Of a stretch of DNA of 64,000 nucleotides, positions 50,486-63,508 are shown piece by piece. The translations under genes were made by a program, and so were the position numbers. This DNA is from Malacoraja senta (taxonomy: Eukaryota). The stretch covers positions 341,062,001-341,126,000 of the forward strand of contig CM075977.1 of the NCBI GenBank assembly GCA_038087875.1, read 5' to 3'. Numbering within the stretch: the first letter of the stretch is position 1; every line of letters begins with the position of its first letter. The notes below the pieces were generated by a model. The model did no database searches. It saw only the letters and a program-made list of their open reading frames with translations, and was not told the DNA's origin.

Positions 50486-53400
50486 CCCACTGTATACTTG
50501 ACAGCCTTCCTCACTGTCCACATCTGCATTAAAAAAAAAATCACCTTGAATGAATTGCTTTATGATAGGAGCTAGTGGAGGAGGTTATTCCAGATCCTGC
50601 AGCATGCTGTAAGTCATGGCTGAGCAAGAATGACAGCAGGAACCTGAACTTTCTAATGCATTATTGAAGCATTTGTAAATCAGGTGGCAAGAGAACAGGG
50701 TTCCTCAACTAACAGGACTAACCAAAGTATTAATAGGGTGAGACGGCTGTCGGATCAATGCTAGGAATGTCGCCCTAAGAGGTCGGATGCAATGCCAAAA
50801 GTAGTTCAATGACTTGCCAAACATAATCAAAGTCAGTGAATAATATTCAAATGCCATTTCCAATCTGCTGTATTGCTGACCTTACATACTTTTCAATACA
50901 TGGTACCCTGCAACTGAAGTACTTACAATTGCCATGAATTCGAACTGAGATGTAGCAGTGCATGCTCCATAATTACTACAACTCCAAGCCTGATGCCAAA
51001 TTTTACAGCTTGCACCACGCAGTGCTGCGATTTAACCACGATGGGCTGCACAGTGGCGCAGCAGTAGAGTTGCTGCCTTGCAGCGCCAGAATCCTGGGTT
51101 CGATCCTGACTACACTTGGGAGCTGAGCAGCAAAAGAAATAATAATTCAACATGATACTAACACATTCTAGCTTGGATATCAATACATCAATTAGAAGAC
51201 AGTTTAAGGTGGGATCTAATTGCGGTGAATAGCTGGGTAGAACTGGTCTGCAGCCGAGAAAGAAGGGCAACTCGATGTCAACTCCTTGGAAGATAATGTT
51301 GCATGACTTCTTCTGCATTCTACTCAAATGAAAACTTAATGATGAAAATTTAAAATACATATTTTTTCATTACCAGGGCTGGAAGGAAAGATGCATGCTA
51401 AGTTTAAGATGGGGTAGCCTTGATTCATACTGCAATATTTAGAGCCATGGTTTTCAGTATGAGAGTGGTAGCATTTGTGTCATAAAGTCAGGTTGTAGCC
51501 ATCCAAGCTCAAATGGCTATCATCATTGCTGGAGTCAACTTTTCTCATGCACTCCTGGTACATCTCCCAAATTCTGGTTTCTGTGAACTTGAGTTGATTG
51601 AAAACATGGCTGTCCACACTTGCAGTCTTTTTCATCCATCCATTAATTAACCAATAAGTTTTTAAATTTTCATCCTTATTTTTAAATTCCTCCATTCTGT
51701 ACAACCGTAATCTAATCAGGTCCACAAGGCTTTAGATCAACTTCTCCAAGTTTGGCATCCTGATCTGGAATTGGTCTGCAATTGCTGGCCTATACCTCTG
51801 TCTTTTTTTCCTCCTTTAAACAATCTTGAAACCCATCTCAATGATCAAAGATTTGGTGAACTCTTCTATTATTTGCTCCTTTTTATGTGGTTCATATCGC
51901 ATCTATGTTTGAAATAATCTATGTGAAACACCTTGGACTTTATGTTAAATGCTTCATAAATAAAAATTGCTGTTCTGGTGAGCAATGATTTCTGTTAGGC
52001 TAAGGCAGAGGTGATGTTGGGCAATGTTAAGAGATGGAAAAACACACTTTTCTCAATATCATGGATAATTGATCAAATACTACAAGGATCTGAAGGATGT
52101 GAAGAGTCCGATTCATTTTTCAAGCAATAGCCTGGTAGAGGCAATTAATTTGTCAATGGAGAATGAAATTTTAAGTGGTTTATAATCTAGTCCAGTTAGG
52201 TTTCTGATGGTTTCAACAATGTTAATTTTGAGGGATCTAATGACGTCTGTCATTGTCCGGCACATCTGCAACAGATATTACTTGCCACTTATTAAGCCAA
52301 AATCTTTCTACATGCAGATAGAAAGCAAGGACACTTCACTCTTTCTGGGGATGTTAGTACGACTGAACATTGTCCAATCATTTGCAAACATTCTCATTTT
52401 ACGCTCTACATTGGAAGGAACATTTGTGCTAAAACAAGAAAACGGTTCACCCAGGACATTAACTCAAGAAATTCTTGGAGCAATATTTTGGAGGTGAGAT
52501 TGGCTTTCACAACCATCTTCCTCTCTCTGAGGACTCTACCACACCGTACAATATGAATGGCTCCAGCTTTGCTTGAGTTTCTTATCAAACTCAGTCAAAT
52601 GTTGTCTTAATGTCAAGAGCAGGCATATACACATAGCCTCTTGAATTTAGCTCTTTTTTCAAGTTTGGATAAATGGTGTTATGAGGCCTGAGAGATCCAT
52701 ATTCTCCAGAAATGCTGCCTGACACGCTTAGTTACACCAGAATTTTGAGTCTATCTTTAGTTCTCTTTGTGCTAGTTTTCAACAGCACAGAAATTATGTT
52801 GTGTGGCTCATTGTCTTTGCCACATTCAATACTTTCCTGTTTCTTGATACCACATGTAATTAACAAAATTGGCTTGTCTGTCTACTGTAATGGAGGGTAC
52901 TTCAAGGAAGCAAATAAGTTGTATCATCAACCTATCACGTGGTAGGCTGCAAACCCGACAAACAATTCAGGCTGTCCTTTGAATCCACTTGGTAGGTTCT
53001 TTCTCATTGGGGATAACAATTCCAATAAATTTGCTCCTATCTGTTTACTGTTTATGAGTGGATGTAGCAGATTTTTCATAGGTCTGATCTAATTTGTTGG
53101 TAATGGAATGGTTAGACCTGTCTTTAGATATGACATTGTGGGCATGACAGAGACATGGCTGCATGAGGATCGGGATTGGGATTGAATATTCAGGGTTATA
53201 CGTCCTATTGAAAGGACAGGCAGGTGGGCAGAGGAGGCGGGGTAGCTCTATTGGTGAGGGATGAAATTCAGTCCCTTGCTAGGGGTGACATAGGGACTGA
53301 CGATGTAGAGTCACTGTGGATAGAACTGAGGAAATATAAAGGTAAGGAGAGACTAATGGGAGTAATCTACAGGCCCCCAACAGTAGCCGGCAGATAGGGT

Positions 53401-54073
53401 GCAAGTTGCAGCAGGAGTTAAAATTGGCATGTATCAAAGTTAATGCCACTGTGGTTATGGGAGATTTTAATATGCAGGTAGACTGGGAAAATCAGGTTGG
53501 TTCTGGACCCCAAGAAATGGATTCTTAGAGCAGCTTGTACTGGAGCCTACCAGAGAGAAGGCAATTCTGGATTTAGTGTTGTCTAATGATCCAGATTTAA
53601 TAAGGGACCTCAAGGTAATGGAACCGCTAGGATGTAGTGACCATAATATGATAAGTTTTAATCTACAATTTGAGAGGGAGAAGGTTAAATCAGAAGTGTC
53701 AGTGTTGCAGTTGAACAAAGGGGACTTTGAAGGCATGAGAGAGGAGCTGGCCAAGGTCGACTGGAAAAGGATCCTAGCAGGAATTACGGTGGAACAGCAA
53801 TGACAGGAATTTCTGGGCATAATCCAGAAGATGCAGGATCATTTTATTCCAAAGAGGAAGAAAGATTCCATGGGGAGTAAGAGGCAACTGTGGCTGACAA
53901 GGGAAGTTAGGGATGGAATAAAACTAAAAGAAAAGGTGTATAACATAGCATAGAGTATTGGAAAACTTTAAAAGTACAACAGAGGTAACAAAAAGGGCAA
54001 TACGGGCTGAAAAGATGAAGTGCAAGGGTAAGCTGGCCAAGAATATAAAGGATAGTAAAAGCTTCTTTAGGTG

Positions 54074-55706
54074 CAGTGCCCTCCATAATGTTTGGGACAA
54101 AGACCCATCATTTATTTATTTGCCTCTGTACTCCATAATTTGAGATTTGTAATAGAAAAAATCACATGTGGTTAAAGTGCACATTGTTAGATTTTATTAA
54201 AAGCCATTTTTATACATTTTGGTTTCACCATGTAGAAATTACATCTGTGTTTATACATAGTCCCCCCATTGCAGGGCACCATGATGTTTGGGACACATGG
54301 CTTCATAGGTGTTTGTAATTGCTCAGGTGTGTTGTTAAATGCTTCCTTAATGCAGGTATAAGAGAGCTCTCAGGACCTAGTCTTTCCTCCAGTCTTTCCA
54401 TTACCTTTGGAAACTTTTATTGCTGTTTATCAACATGAGGACCAAAGTTGTGCCAATGAAAGTCAAAGAAGCCATTATGATATTGAGAAACAAGAATAAA
54501 ACTGTTAAGAGACATCAGCCAAACCTTAGGCTTACCAAAATTAACTGTTTGGAATATCATTAAGAAGGAAGAGAGCACTGGTGAGCTTACTAATCGCAAA
54601 GGGACTGGCAGGGCAAGGAAAACCTCCACAGCTGATGACAGAAGAATTCTCTCAATAATAAAGACAAATTCCCAACCACCTGTCCGACAGATCAGAAACA
54701 CTCTTCAGGAGTCAGGTGTGGATTTGTCAATGACCACTGTCTGCAGAAGACTTCATGAACAAAAATTTAGAAGCTACACTGCAAGATGAAAACCACTGGT
54801 TAGCCGCAAAAATAGGATGGCCAGGTTACAGTTTGCCAAGAAGTACTTAAAGAGCAAGCACAGTTTTGGAAAAAGGTCTTGTGGACAGATGAGACGAAGA
54901 TTAACTTATATCAGAGTGATGGCAAGAGCAAAGTATGGAGGAGAGAAGGAACTACCCAAGATACAAGCATACCACCTAACCTGTGAAACACAGTGGTGGA
55001 GGTGTTATGGCCTGGGCATGTATGGCTGCTGAAGGTACTGGCTCACTTATCTTCATTGATGATACAACTGCTGATGGTAGTAGCATAATGAATTCTGACG
55101 TGTATAGACACATCAAACAAATGCCTCAAAATTCATTGGCCTGTGGTTCATTCTACAGCAAGACAATGATCCCATCCTGCTAAAACAAGAAAGGAGTTTT
55201 TCAAAGCTAAAGTATTGTCAATTTTTGAGTGGCCAAGTCAATCACCAGATCTGAACCCAATTGAGCATGCCTTTTATATGCTGGAGAGAAAACTGAACGG
55301 GACTAGCCCCCAAAAACAAGCATAAGCTAAAGATGGCTGCAATACAGGCCTGGCAGAGCATCACCAGAGAAGACACCCAGCAACTGGTGATGTCCATGAA
55401 TCGCAGACTTCAAGCAGTCATTGCATGCAAAGTATATGCAACAAAATACTAAACATGACTACTTTCATTTACATGACATTGCTGTGTCCCAAACATTATG
55501 GTGCCCTGAAATGGGAGACAATGTATAAACACTGCTGTAATTTCTACATGGTGAAACCAAAATGTATAAAAATGGCCTTTAATACAATCTGACAATGTGC
55601 ACTTTAACCACATGTGATTTTTTTCTATTACAAATCTCAAATTGTGGAGTACAGAGGCAAATAAATAAATGATGGGTCTTTGTCCCAAACATTATGGAGG
55701 GCACTG
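54074..55706 (+). mobile_element. Full-length Tc1/mariner IR/DR transposon (1633 bp) with a pseudogenised transposase at about 54435-55451
   Basis: Long TIRs of about 220 bp, CAGTGCCCTCCATAATGTTTGGG...CCCAAACATTATGGAGGGCACTG, with an internal direct repeat. TA at the right end, TG at the left. Catalytic-domain pieces WTDE, QDND and SPDLNPIE. Confidence 0.93.
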
Positions 55707-56335
55707 TATGTTAAGAGAAAAAGATTTGTAAAGACAAATGTGGGTCCATTGAAGGCAGAAACAGGTGACATTATTTGGGGGAACAAGGAAGTGGCAGAAG
55801 AGTTGAACATGTACTTTGGTTCTGTCTTCAGTAAAGAAGACACAAACAATCTCCCAGATGTACTAGAGGACAGAGGATCTAGGGAGACAGAGGAACTGAA
55901 ATAAATTTGCATTCGGTGAGAAATAGTATTGGGTTGACTGATGTGACAAAGCTGATAAATCCCCAGGGCCTGATGGTCTGCATCCCAGGGTACTCAAGGA
56001 GTTGGCTCCAGAAATCGTGGACGCTTTGGTAAAATTTTTCCAATATTATATAGATTCAGGATTAGTTCTTGTGGATTGGAGGGTAGCTCATGTTATCTCT
56101 CTTTTCAAGAAAGGAGCGAGAGAGAAAAAGGGGAATTATTACCAGTTAGTCTGACATCGGTGGTGGGGAAGATGCTGGAGTCAATTATTAAAGAAGTAAT
56201 AACGGCGCTTTTGGATAGCAGTAAAAGGATTGGTCCAAGTCAGCATGGATTTATGAAGGGGAAATCCAGCTGGGTGGCTGTGTGAACCACGAAGAGGATG
56301 CTAACAGCTTGCAGGGTGATTTGGACAGTTTAAGT

Positions 56336-57335
56336 CCGTCCATCAATCCATCCATCCATCCACCGTGACGAACACCGACTCCATCTCCCCCCCCCCCCAC
56401 CCTGTGGCCCGGCGGCAGCAGCGAGCAGGCAGGCAGGTAGGCGGGTGGGCGGGGACGGGCCGAGCGGCAGCAGCCGGCGGGCAGGTAGGGCGGGGACGGG
56501 ACGAGCGGCGGCTGAGCCGGAGTGGGCAGAGGGAGGGAGGGAGAGTTGGGTTGCAGTGTGGCTGAGCAGTTTGCGTGGCGTAACTCACACACACACACGT
56601 TCACACACAATGCAAACTAGTCCAATCGTCGTCAACGGGATCTAAACCACAGCTAACAATGAATGACCTGTGGAGGGAAGGAACTGCAGATGCTGCTTTT
56701 TAGGGATGGAGGGAGTACTGAGGGTAGGGGAAAGGAGAGGGAGGGAGAGGTGAGGGAGGGATTGGGGGAGGGGAGGAGGAGAAAGATCCTGGCGAGGTGA
56801 GGACGGAGAGTGGGGGTATTGAGGAAGAGGAAGGGGTAGGCAGAGGGGGAAAGTGGGGGAGGTGAGGAGAGTGAGGGAATAGAGGGAGAAGGGGGGAGTG
56901 GGGGAGGTAGGGAGTGGGGAATAGAGGGAGGGGAGGGCAGTTGTGGAGGCCAGGAGGGATAGTGGGGGGAAGGGGTAGGTGAGGAGTGGGGTATAGAGGG
57001 ATAGGAGGGGATAGGAGTTATGGAGGGAGGGAGAGAAGGAGGGAGTGACTGAGGGTAGGGGAAAGGAGAGGGAGGGAGAGGCGAGGGAGGGATTGGGGGA
57101 GGGGAGGAGAAAGGAAAGAAGAGGGGGGTAAAGAGGAGGGGGAGGGAGTGCTGGGGATGAGGGGAAATGAGCCGTAGTAGTTGGGGCCTATGCGTGAGTG
57201 GTGCAATATTGCGTTGGGGGGATGGGTTGCATTGGGGGAACGGGTGAGTGGTGGAATATTGTATTGTGGAACGGGTTGCGTTGGGGGACCATGCCACCCG
57301 TGTGACAGGGACCCAACGGGTCCCACTTAGTCTAG
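56336..57335 (+). mobile_element. Non-autonomous Helitron with a purine-rich low-complexity core
   Basis: 3' hairpin GGGACCC-AAC-GGGTCCC (57308-57324) followed by CTAG (57332-57335) and a T; CR1 sequence resumes immediately. Confidence 0.75.
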
Positions 57336-57667
57336 TAATGTAGATAAATGTGAGGTTATCCACTTTGGCGGCAAGAACAAGGAGGCAGATTATTATCTCA
57401 ATTGTGTCAGATTAGGAAAAGGGGAAGTACAACAAAATCTGCTGTCCTTGTACACCAGTCACTGAAAGTAAACATGCAGGTACAGCAGGCAGTGAAGAAA
57501 GCTAATGGCATGTTGGCCTTCATAACGAGAGGATTTGAGTATAGGAGTAAAGAGTTCCTTCTGCAGTTGTACAGGGCCCTGGTGAGACCACATCTGGAGT
57601 ATTAGTCTCCTAATTTGAGGAAGGACATCCTTGCTTTGAGGCAGTGCAGCATAGGTTCACGAGGTTG

Positions 57668-60600
57668 CATAGAAACATAGAAAATAGGTGCAGGAGGAGG
57701 CCATTCGGCCCTTCGAGGCCCATTCATTGTGATCATGGCTGATCGTCCCCAATCAATAACCCGTGACTGCCTTCTCCCAATATCCCTTGATTCCACTAGC
57801 CCCTAGAGCTCTATCTAACTCTCTCTTAAATCCATCCAGTGATTTGGCCTCCACTGCCCTCTGTGGTAGGGAATTCCACAAATTCACAACTCTCTGGGTG
57901 AAAACGCTTTTTCTCACCTCAGTCTTAAATGGACTCCCCTTTATTCTAAGACTGTGGTTCTGGACTCGCCCAACATTGGGAACATTTTTCCTGCATCTAA
58001 CTTGTCCAGTCCTTTTATAATTTTATATGTTTCCATAAGATCCCCCCTCATCCTCCTAAACTCCAGTGAATACAAGCCAAGTCTTTTCAATCTTTCCTCA
58101 TATGACAGTCCCGCCATCCCAGGGATCAATCTTGTGAACCTACGCTGCACTGCCTCAATCACAAGAATGTCCTTCCTCAAATTATGAGACCAAAACTGTA
58201 CGCAATACGCCAGATGTGGTCTTACCAGAGCCCTATACAACTGCAGAAGAACCTCTCTACTCCTATACTGAAATCCTCTTGTTATGAAGGCCAACATTTC
58301 ATTAGCTCTCTTCACTGCCTGCTGTACCTGTACGCCAACTTTCAGTACAAGGACACCCAGGTCTCGCTGTACCTCCCTCTTACCTAACCTAACCCCATTG
58401 AGATAATAATCTGCCCCCTTGTTTTTGCCACCAAAGTGGATAACCCTACATTAATCTATATTATACTGCATCTGCCACGCATCTGCCCACTCACTCAACC
58501 TGTCCAGGTCACCCTGCAACCTCCTAACATCCTCTTCACTGTTCACACTGCCATGCAGCTTTGAGTCATCCGCAAACTTGCTAGTGTTGCTCCTAATTCC
58601 CTCTTCCAAATCATTAATATATATGGTAAACAGTTGCGGCCCCAACACCGAGCCTTGCGGCACTCCACTCGCCACTGCCTGCCATTCTGAAAAGGACCCG
58701 TTCACTCCTACTACTGGCTTCCTGTCAGCCTACCAATTTTCTATCCACGTCAACACCCTACCCCCAATACCATGCGCTCTAATTTTAGTCACCAGTCTCC
58801 CATGCGGGACCTTATCATAGGCTTTCTGAAAGTCTAGGTACACTACATCCACTGGCTCCCCTTCATCCATTTTACTTGACACATCCTCAAAAAATTCCAG
58901 ACGATTAGTCAAGCATGATTTTCCTTTCATAAATCCATGCTGACTTGGACTAATCCTTTTACTGCTATCCAAATGCCCCATTATTACCTCTTTAATAATT
59001 GACTCCAGCATCTTTCCCCCCACCGAAGTCAGGCTAACTGGTCTGTAATTCCCCGTTTTCTCTCTGGCTCCTTTCTTGAAAAGTGGGATAACATTAGCTA
59101 TCCTCCAATCCACAGGAACTGATCCTGAATCTATTGAACATTGGAAAATGATCACCAATGCGTCCACTATTTCTAGAGCCACCACCCTGAGGGCCCTGGG
59201 ATGCAGTCCATCAGGCCCCGGGGATTTATCATCCTTCAGTCCCATTAGCCCACCCAATACTACTTCTCGCCTATTGAAAATTTATTTCAGTTCCTCGACC
59301 CCCTTAAATCCTCTGTCCTCCAGTACTTCTGGGAGATTGTTTGTGTCTTCCTTAGTGAAGACAGATCCGAAGCACCTGTTCAACTCTTCTGCCATTTCCT
59401 TGTTCCCCATACCTGGTTCCTTTACCTCGAGTTCTCTTATCAAATCTGGTTCATATGACAACACTAAATCCAGAATTGCCTTTTCTCTGGTCGGCTCCAT
59501 TACAAGCTGCTGTAAGAATCCAGCTCGGAGGCACTCTACAATTCAATTCAATTTATTTGTCTTTTGGACAAATTTGTCATTTGGACCCCTTGAGGTCCAA
59601 ACGAAATGTCGTTTCTGCAGCCATACAATACAAAACGAAGAAGACCCGAGACACAACACAATTTACACATACATCCATCACAACGCTGTGATGGAAGGCA
59701 AAAAAAACGTATCTCTCCACTGCACCCCCCCCCCCCCGATGTCAGAGTCAAAGTCAAAGCCCCCGGCGGGCGATGGTGATTATCCCGCGGCCGTGGTGAT
59801 TAAAGCCACACCGGGTGATGCAAGGTCGCGCACCGGGTCTTGGTGTTAGAGCCCCGGCGCGCGCCCGCAAAGTCCGGCGGCCAAAGTCCGCGCGCTCGCA
59901 GAGTCCGGCGGCCATTCCAAGCCGCGCGGGGGGATAAAGCCCCGCTCCAGGTGCTCTTCAACCCCGCAACTCGGGCGGGAGAAGTCGCCGCTGCGGAAGC
60001 CCCGAAAAGCGGTCTCCCACCAGGGGACCCGCGGGCTTCCAGTGTTGCCGTCCGCCAGACCCGCGGTTGTAGCCTCCGAATCTCCGGCGGTCGGGTAGCA
60101 GCAGCGATTGTCTCCACCACAGCTCCACCCGCTCTGGACTCGGCCAGCCCCGTGACGGTGAGTAGTCCGCAGCTCCACAACTGGAGCCCCAGGTCGTTCC
60201 TGCTGGAGGCCGCTCCACGTTGCCCAGCCCCAACGACAACGGAGACCCGACAAAGAAAAGGTCGGGTCTCCCGTGCAGGGGAAAGATTTCAAAGTTTCCC
60301 CCCCCACCCCACCCCACCCCCACCCCCCCACACACATACCCCGACAAAAAAATAATAAAACTACACAAACTACACAAAAACGAGACAAAAATAATAAAAA
60401 TACAGACGGACTGCAGAGGCCGCTGCTGACGAGAGTCGCGCCGCCCAAACTCTCTTTCTTGGGGTCCTGAACCAACCTGATTTTCCCAGTCTACCTGCAT
60501 ATTGAAATCCCCCATCACCACAGTGGCATTACCTTTGTTACATTCCAGTTTGAACTCCTGCTGCAACTTACACCCTACATCCGGGCTACTATTTGGGGGG

Positions 60601-61315
60601 TCTGTAGATAACAATTAGTGTCTTCTTGCCTTTGCAATTCCTCAACTCAATCCAGTGACTCTACCTCGTCAGTCCTTATGTCTTCCCTCGCAAGGGACTG
60701 AATTCCATTCCTCACCAGAAGAGCTACCCCCCCCCCCTCCTCTGCCCACCTGCCTGTCCTTTCTATAGGATGTATAACCCTGAATATTAAGTTCCCAGAC
60801 CCGATCCTCCTGCAGCCACGTCTTGGTAATCCCCACAATGTCATATCTACCAACCTCTATCTGACCCTCAAGCTCATCTACTTTACTTCTTATACTTTGC
60901 GCATTCAAATACAGTACTTTTAATTCTTTATGCATCTCACCATTCACATCGATTCCTACTACACTTGGTCATACTCTCCTATCCCTTTGTGAGCTTTCTT
61001 TCCCGTTAATTCTGGGGTCATTAACTATCCCTTTACTCCATTTCCCTTTAACTCCATCTTTGACCATCCCATTTGACACCTCCCCCCCCTTATTTAGTTT
61101 AAAACCACCTGTGTCGCAGTGGCAAACCTGCCTGCCAGAATGCCGGTCCCCCACCTGTTAAGGTGCAATCCTTTTGTACACTTCCCCCTTACTCTAAAAC
61201 AGATCCCAGTGGTCTAAGAATCTAAATCCCTTCCCCCTGCACCAGTTCCCCAGCCACACATTCAGGTCCTGTATCTCCCTGTTCCTGCTCTCGCCAGCAC
61301 GAGGAACTGGAAGCA
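57668..61315 (-). mobile_element. CR1 LINE with internal deletions, including an ORF1 (esterase-like) remnant; interrupted at 59540-60447
   Basis: ORFs 57941-58315, 58451-58705, 58730-59257 and 60669-60947 (YLNAQSI..VGITKTWL); 61194-61382 (LNVWLGNWC...FLDHWDLF). Confidence 0.9.
59540..60447 (-). mobile_element. GC-rich non-autonomous retroposon with (TTGAA)n tail
   Basis: Cleanly interrupts the CR1 sequence CACTCTACAAACTCTC; the rc tail reads GACAAATAAATTGAATTGAATTG. Confidence 0.7.
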
Positions 61316-61770
61316 AAGTTAATCTCTGGGATGGCTGGACTGTCATATGAGGAAAGATTGGAAAGATTGGGCTTGTATCCACTGGAATTTAGGATGAGAG
61401 GGGATCTTATAGAAACATATAACATTATAAAAGGATAAGTTAGATGCAGGAAAATTGTTCCCAATGTTGGGGGAGTCCAGAACCAGGGGCCACAGTCTAA
61501 GAATAAAGGGGAGGCCATTTAAAACTGAGACGAGAAAAAACTTGTTCACCCAGAGAATTGTGAATTTGTGGAATTCTCTGCCTCAGAAGGCAGTAGAGGC
61601 CAATTCACTGGATGAATTTAAAAGAGTTAGATAGAACTCCAGGGGCTAGCAGAATGAAGGGATATGGGGAGAAGGCAGGCACGGGTTACTGATTGTGGAT
61701 GATCAGCCATGATCACAATGAATGGCGGTGCTAGCTCGAAGGGCCAAATTGCCTTCTGTTTTTCTATGTT
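61316..61770 (+). mobile_element. CR1 3' fragment
   Basis: Homologous to 43250-43720. Confidence 0.88.
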
Positions 61771-61934
61771 TAACACTTTAGTTCAAGTTCAAGTGTGTTT
61801 ATTGTCATGTGTCCCTGATAGGACAATGAGATTCTTGCTTTGCTTCAGCACAACAGAACATAGTAGGCATTGACTACAAAACAGATCAGTGTGTCCATAT
61901 ACTTCTACCTTCTAAAATATCTTATGATGTAGTT

Positions 61935-62280
61935 GAAAGACCTAGATAGAATGGATGTGGAGAGGATGTTTCCAGTTTTGGGAATCGGGAACAGAGGACA
62001 CAACCTCAGAATAAAAATAACTTTATAATTGAGATGAGGAGGTATTTCTTTAGTCAGAGCATGGTGAATCTGTGGAATTCATTGCCACATATGGCGGTGT
62101 AGGCCAAGTGATTTGGCATTTTTAAAGCAGGGATTGCTTGGTTCTTGTTTAGTACAGGCGTCAAAGGTTACAGGGAGAAGTTCGGAGAATGGGGTTGAGA
62201 GGGAAAAATGGATTAGCCATGGTTAAATGGTAGAGCAGACGATGGACAATATTGCCTAATTCTGTTCCTATATCATGATA
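61935..62280 (+). mobile_element. Old CR1 3' fragment
   Basis: Homologous to 8170-8440. Confidence 0.75.
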
Positions 62281-62915
62281 GTTGGAAAAGCATGGGTGAC
62301 AAACATGTGCAACTGACTGGATCCAGCACTTGGAATCCAGGAATTTGTAACTTTGTAAGCACCCTTTATGGGCAACTATTTGCTTACCTTGGGTATGCAA
62401 GCAAAACATTTCACTGTGACTTGTCACATGTGACAATAAAAATATTCAATTCACTGAGATGATGCCCTTCTTCACTACCCAGTATCTTACAAATGACATT
62501 CAATAAATCACATGAATGTCACGCAGGCGAATTTAATTAATCTGTGAACACCAGATTTCCCTTGTGTTCCAGCATGGAAACACAACAAACTGTTTCCAGC
62601 AATGGGGCTAGTCAGGGTGACTTAGCACACATCTTCATAGTTATATATTGTTATGTCATCCATGTAAGGTCTGTAAAGTCTCAACCAATGCCAACGACTG
62701 CCTATGATTTAGTTTTTGGTGCAATATTTAAATAAATAGATGAAGAGCAGACTCCGATGAAAAGGGCTTTCGGCGGTTCGCCGACCCGCATGCTATAAAT
62801 AAACCTGCCCACAGACGCTGGCGGAGCAGTGGCACTTTTCCAGCGATCTTACATAGACAAAAATGCTGGAGTAACTCAGCGGGTGAGGCAGCATCTATGG
62901 AGAGAATAAACAGGC

Positions 62916-62943
62916 GACGTTTCGGGTCGAGACCCTTCTTCAG
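62916..62943 (-). ncRNA. Minimal type I hammerhead ribozyme motif within a Penelope-derived repeat (62853-62946)
   Basis: The minus strand reads CUGAAGA-A-GGGUC-UC-GACCC-GAAA-C-GUC: both conserved core boxes, a 5-bp stem II, a palindromic ACGU stem III and a GUC cleavage triplet. Confidence 0.65.
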
Positions 62944-63433
62944 ACAGTCTGCTCTATGATCTTTGCCTCAGTCCCAGAGCAGCCGCGCAGCCACCGACCT
63001 CAGTAAACTCTGACCCCGCGCCCCTTAACGACCGGCAGCGTCAGAGTGGATGAGCCCATCTGTGGCAGGAGGGGTGAATGAAGTGCTGCTCATCATTGGA
63101 AACAAAACTTATTGAAATATACATGCATCTATATTGTCAGGAATTAAACTATATCATAAAGTTGATGTCAATTTTCTGGGTCCTGTATCCCTCGCTTCGC
63201 AGGCCACGGTCGAGTGGTGGTGTTGAGAGGGGCCACCCCCATGTCGTGCGCGGGTTATGGCTCCTGGCAACGGCGGGCCGCGGCGGGGACACGACGGAGC
63301 GGAGCGGAGCCGGGACTGGGACTGGGACTGGATCGGGACCGGAGACAAACCCGGACCGGAGCCACACCCGGACTGGACGGCGAGCGGCGTCAGACTGCCT
63401 AGCGGCCCGGCCCGTGGCGGCGACGACGGCGAC

Positions 63434-63508
63434 ATGTCCGACTCCGAGGACGATATTCAAGACCGGCAGCTGAAGATCGTCATCTTAGGGGACGGCGCAT
63501 CGGGGAAG
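63434..63508 (+). CDS. RAB28: RAB28 (Ras-related GTPase Rab-28), first coding exon; the gene continues beyond the window
   Basis: 75 nt translate to [25 protein letters not shown], matching the vertebrate RAB28 N-terminus and P-loop start (human [25 protein letters not shown]). It ends at a phase-0 AAG|GTGAAT donor and lies in a CpG island. Confidence 0.95.

Larger units (their letters stand above)
53120..57665 (+). mobile_element. CR1 LINE (endonuclease to RT), deleted and interrupted by a Tc1 and a Helitron
   Basis: ORF pieces 53576-53803 (SDHNMISF), 55680-55904, 56076-56285 and 57402-57605. Confidence 0.88.

Noticed and set aside
56653-57363. 236-aa Pro/Ser-rich ORF
   Set aside because: Translation of a low-complexity purine/pyrimidine tract inside a repeat.
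59800-60614. Several long overlapping ORFs
   Set aside because: Stop-poor GC-rich repeat with no domain motifs; part of it is CR1 endonuclease read-through.
62756-62800. CCGATGA followed by a hairpin (TCGGCG-GTT-CGCCGA) and TATAAA as a second ribozyme or Pol III gene
   Set aside because: It lacks CUGA and the GAAA box, has no A/B boxes or T-run terminator, and such a short stem is expected by chance in a CpG island.
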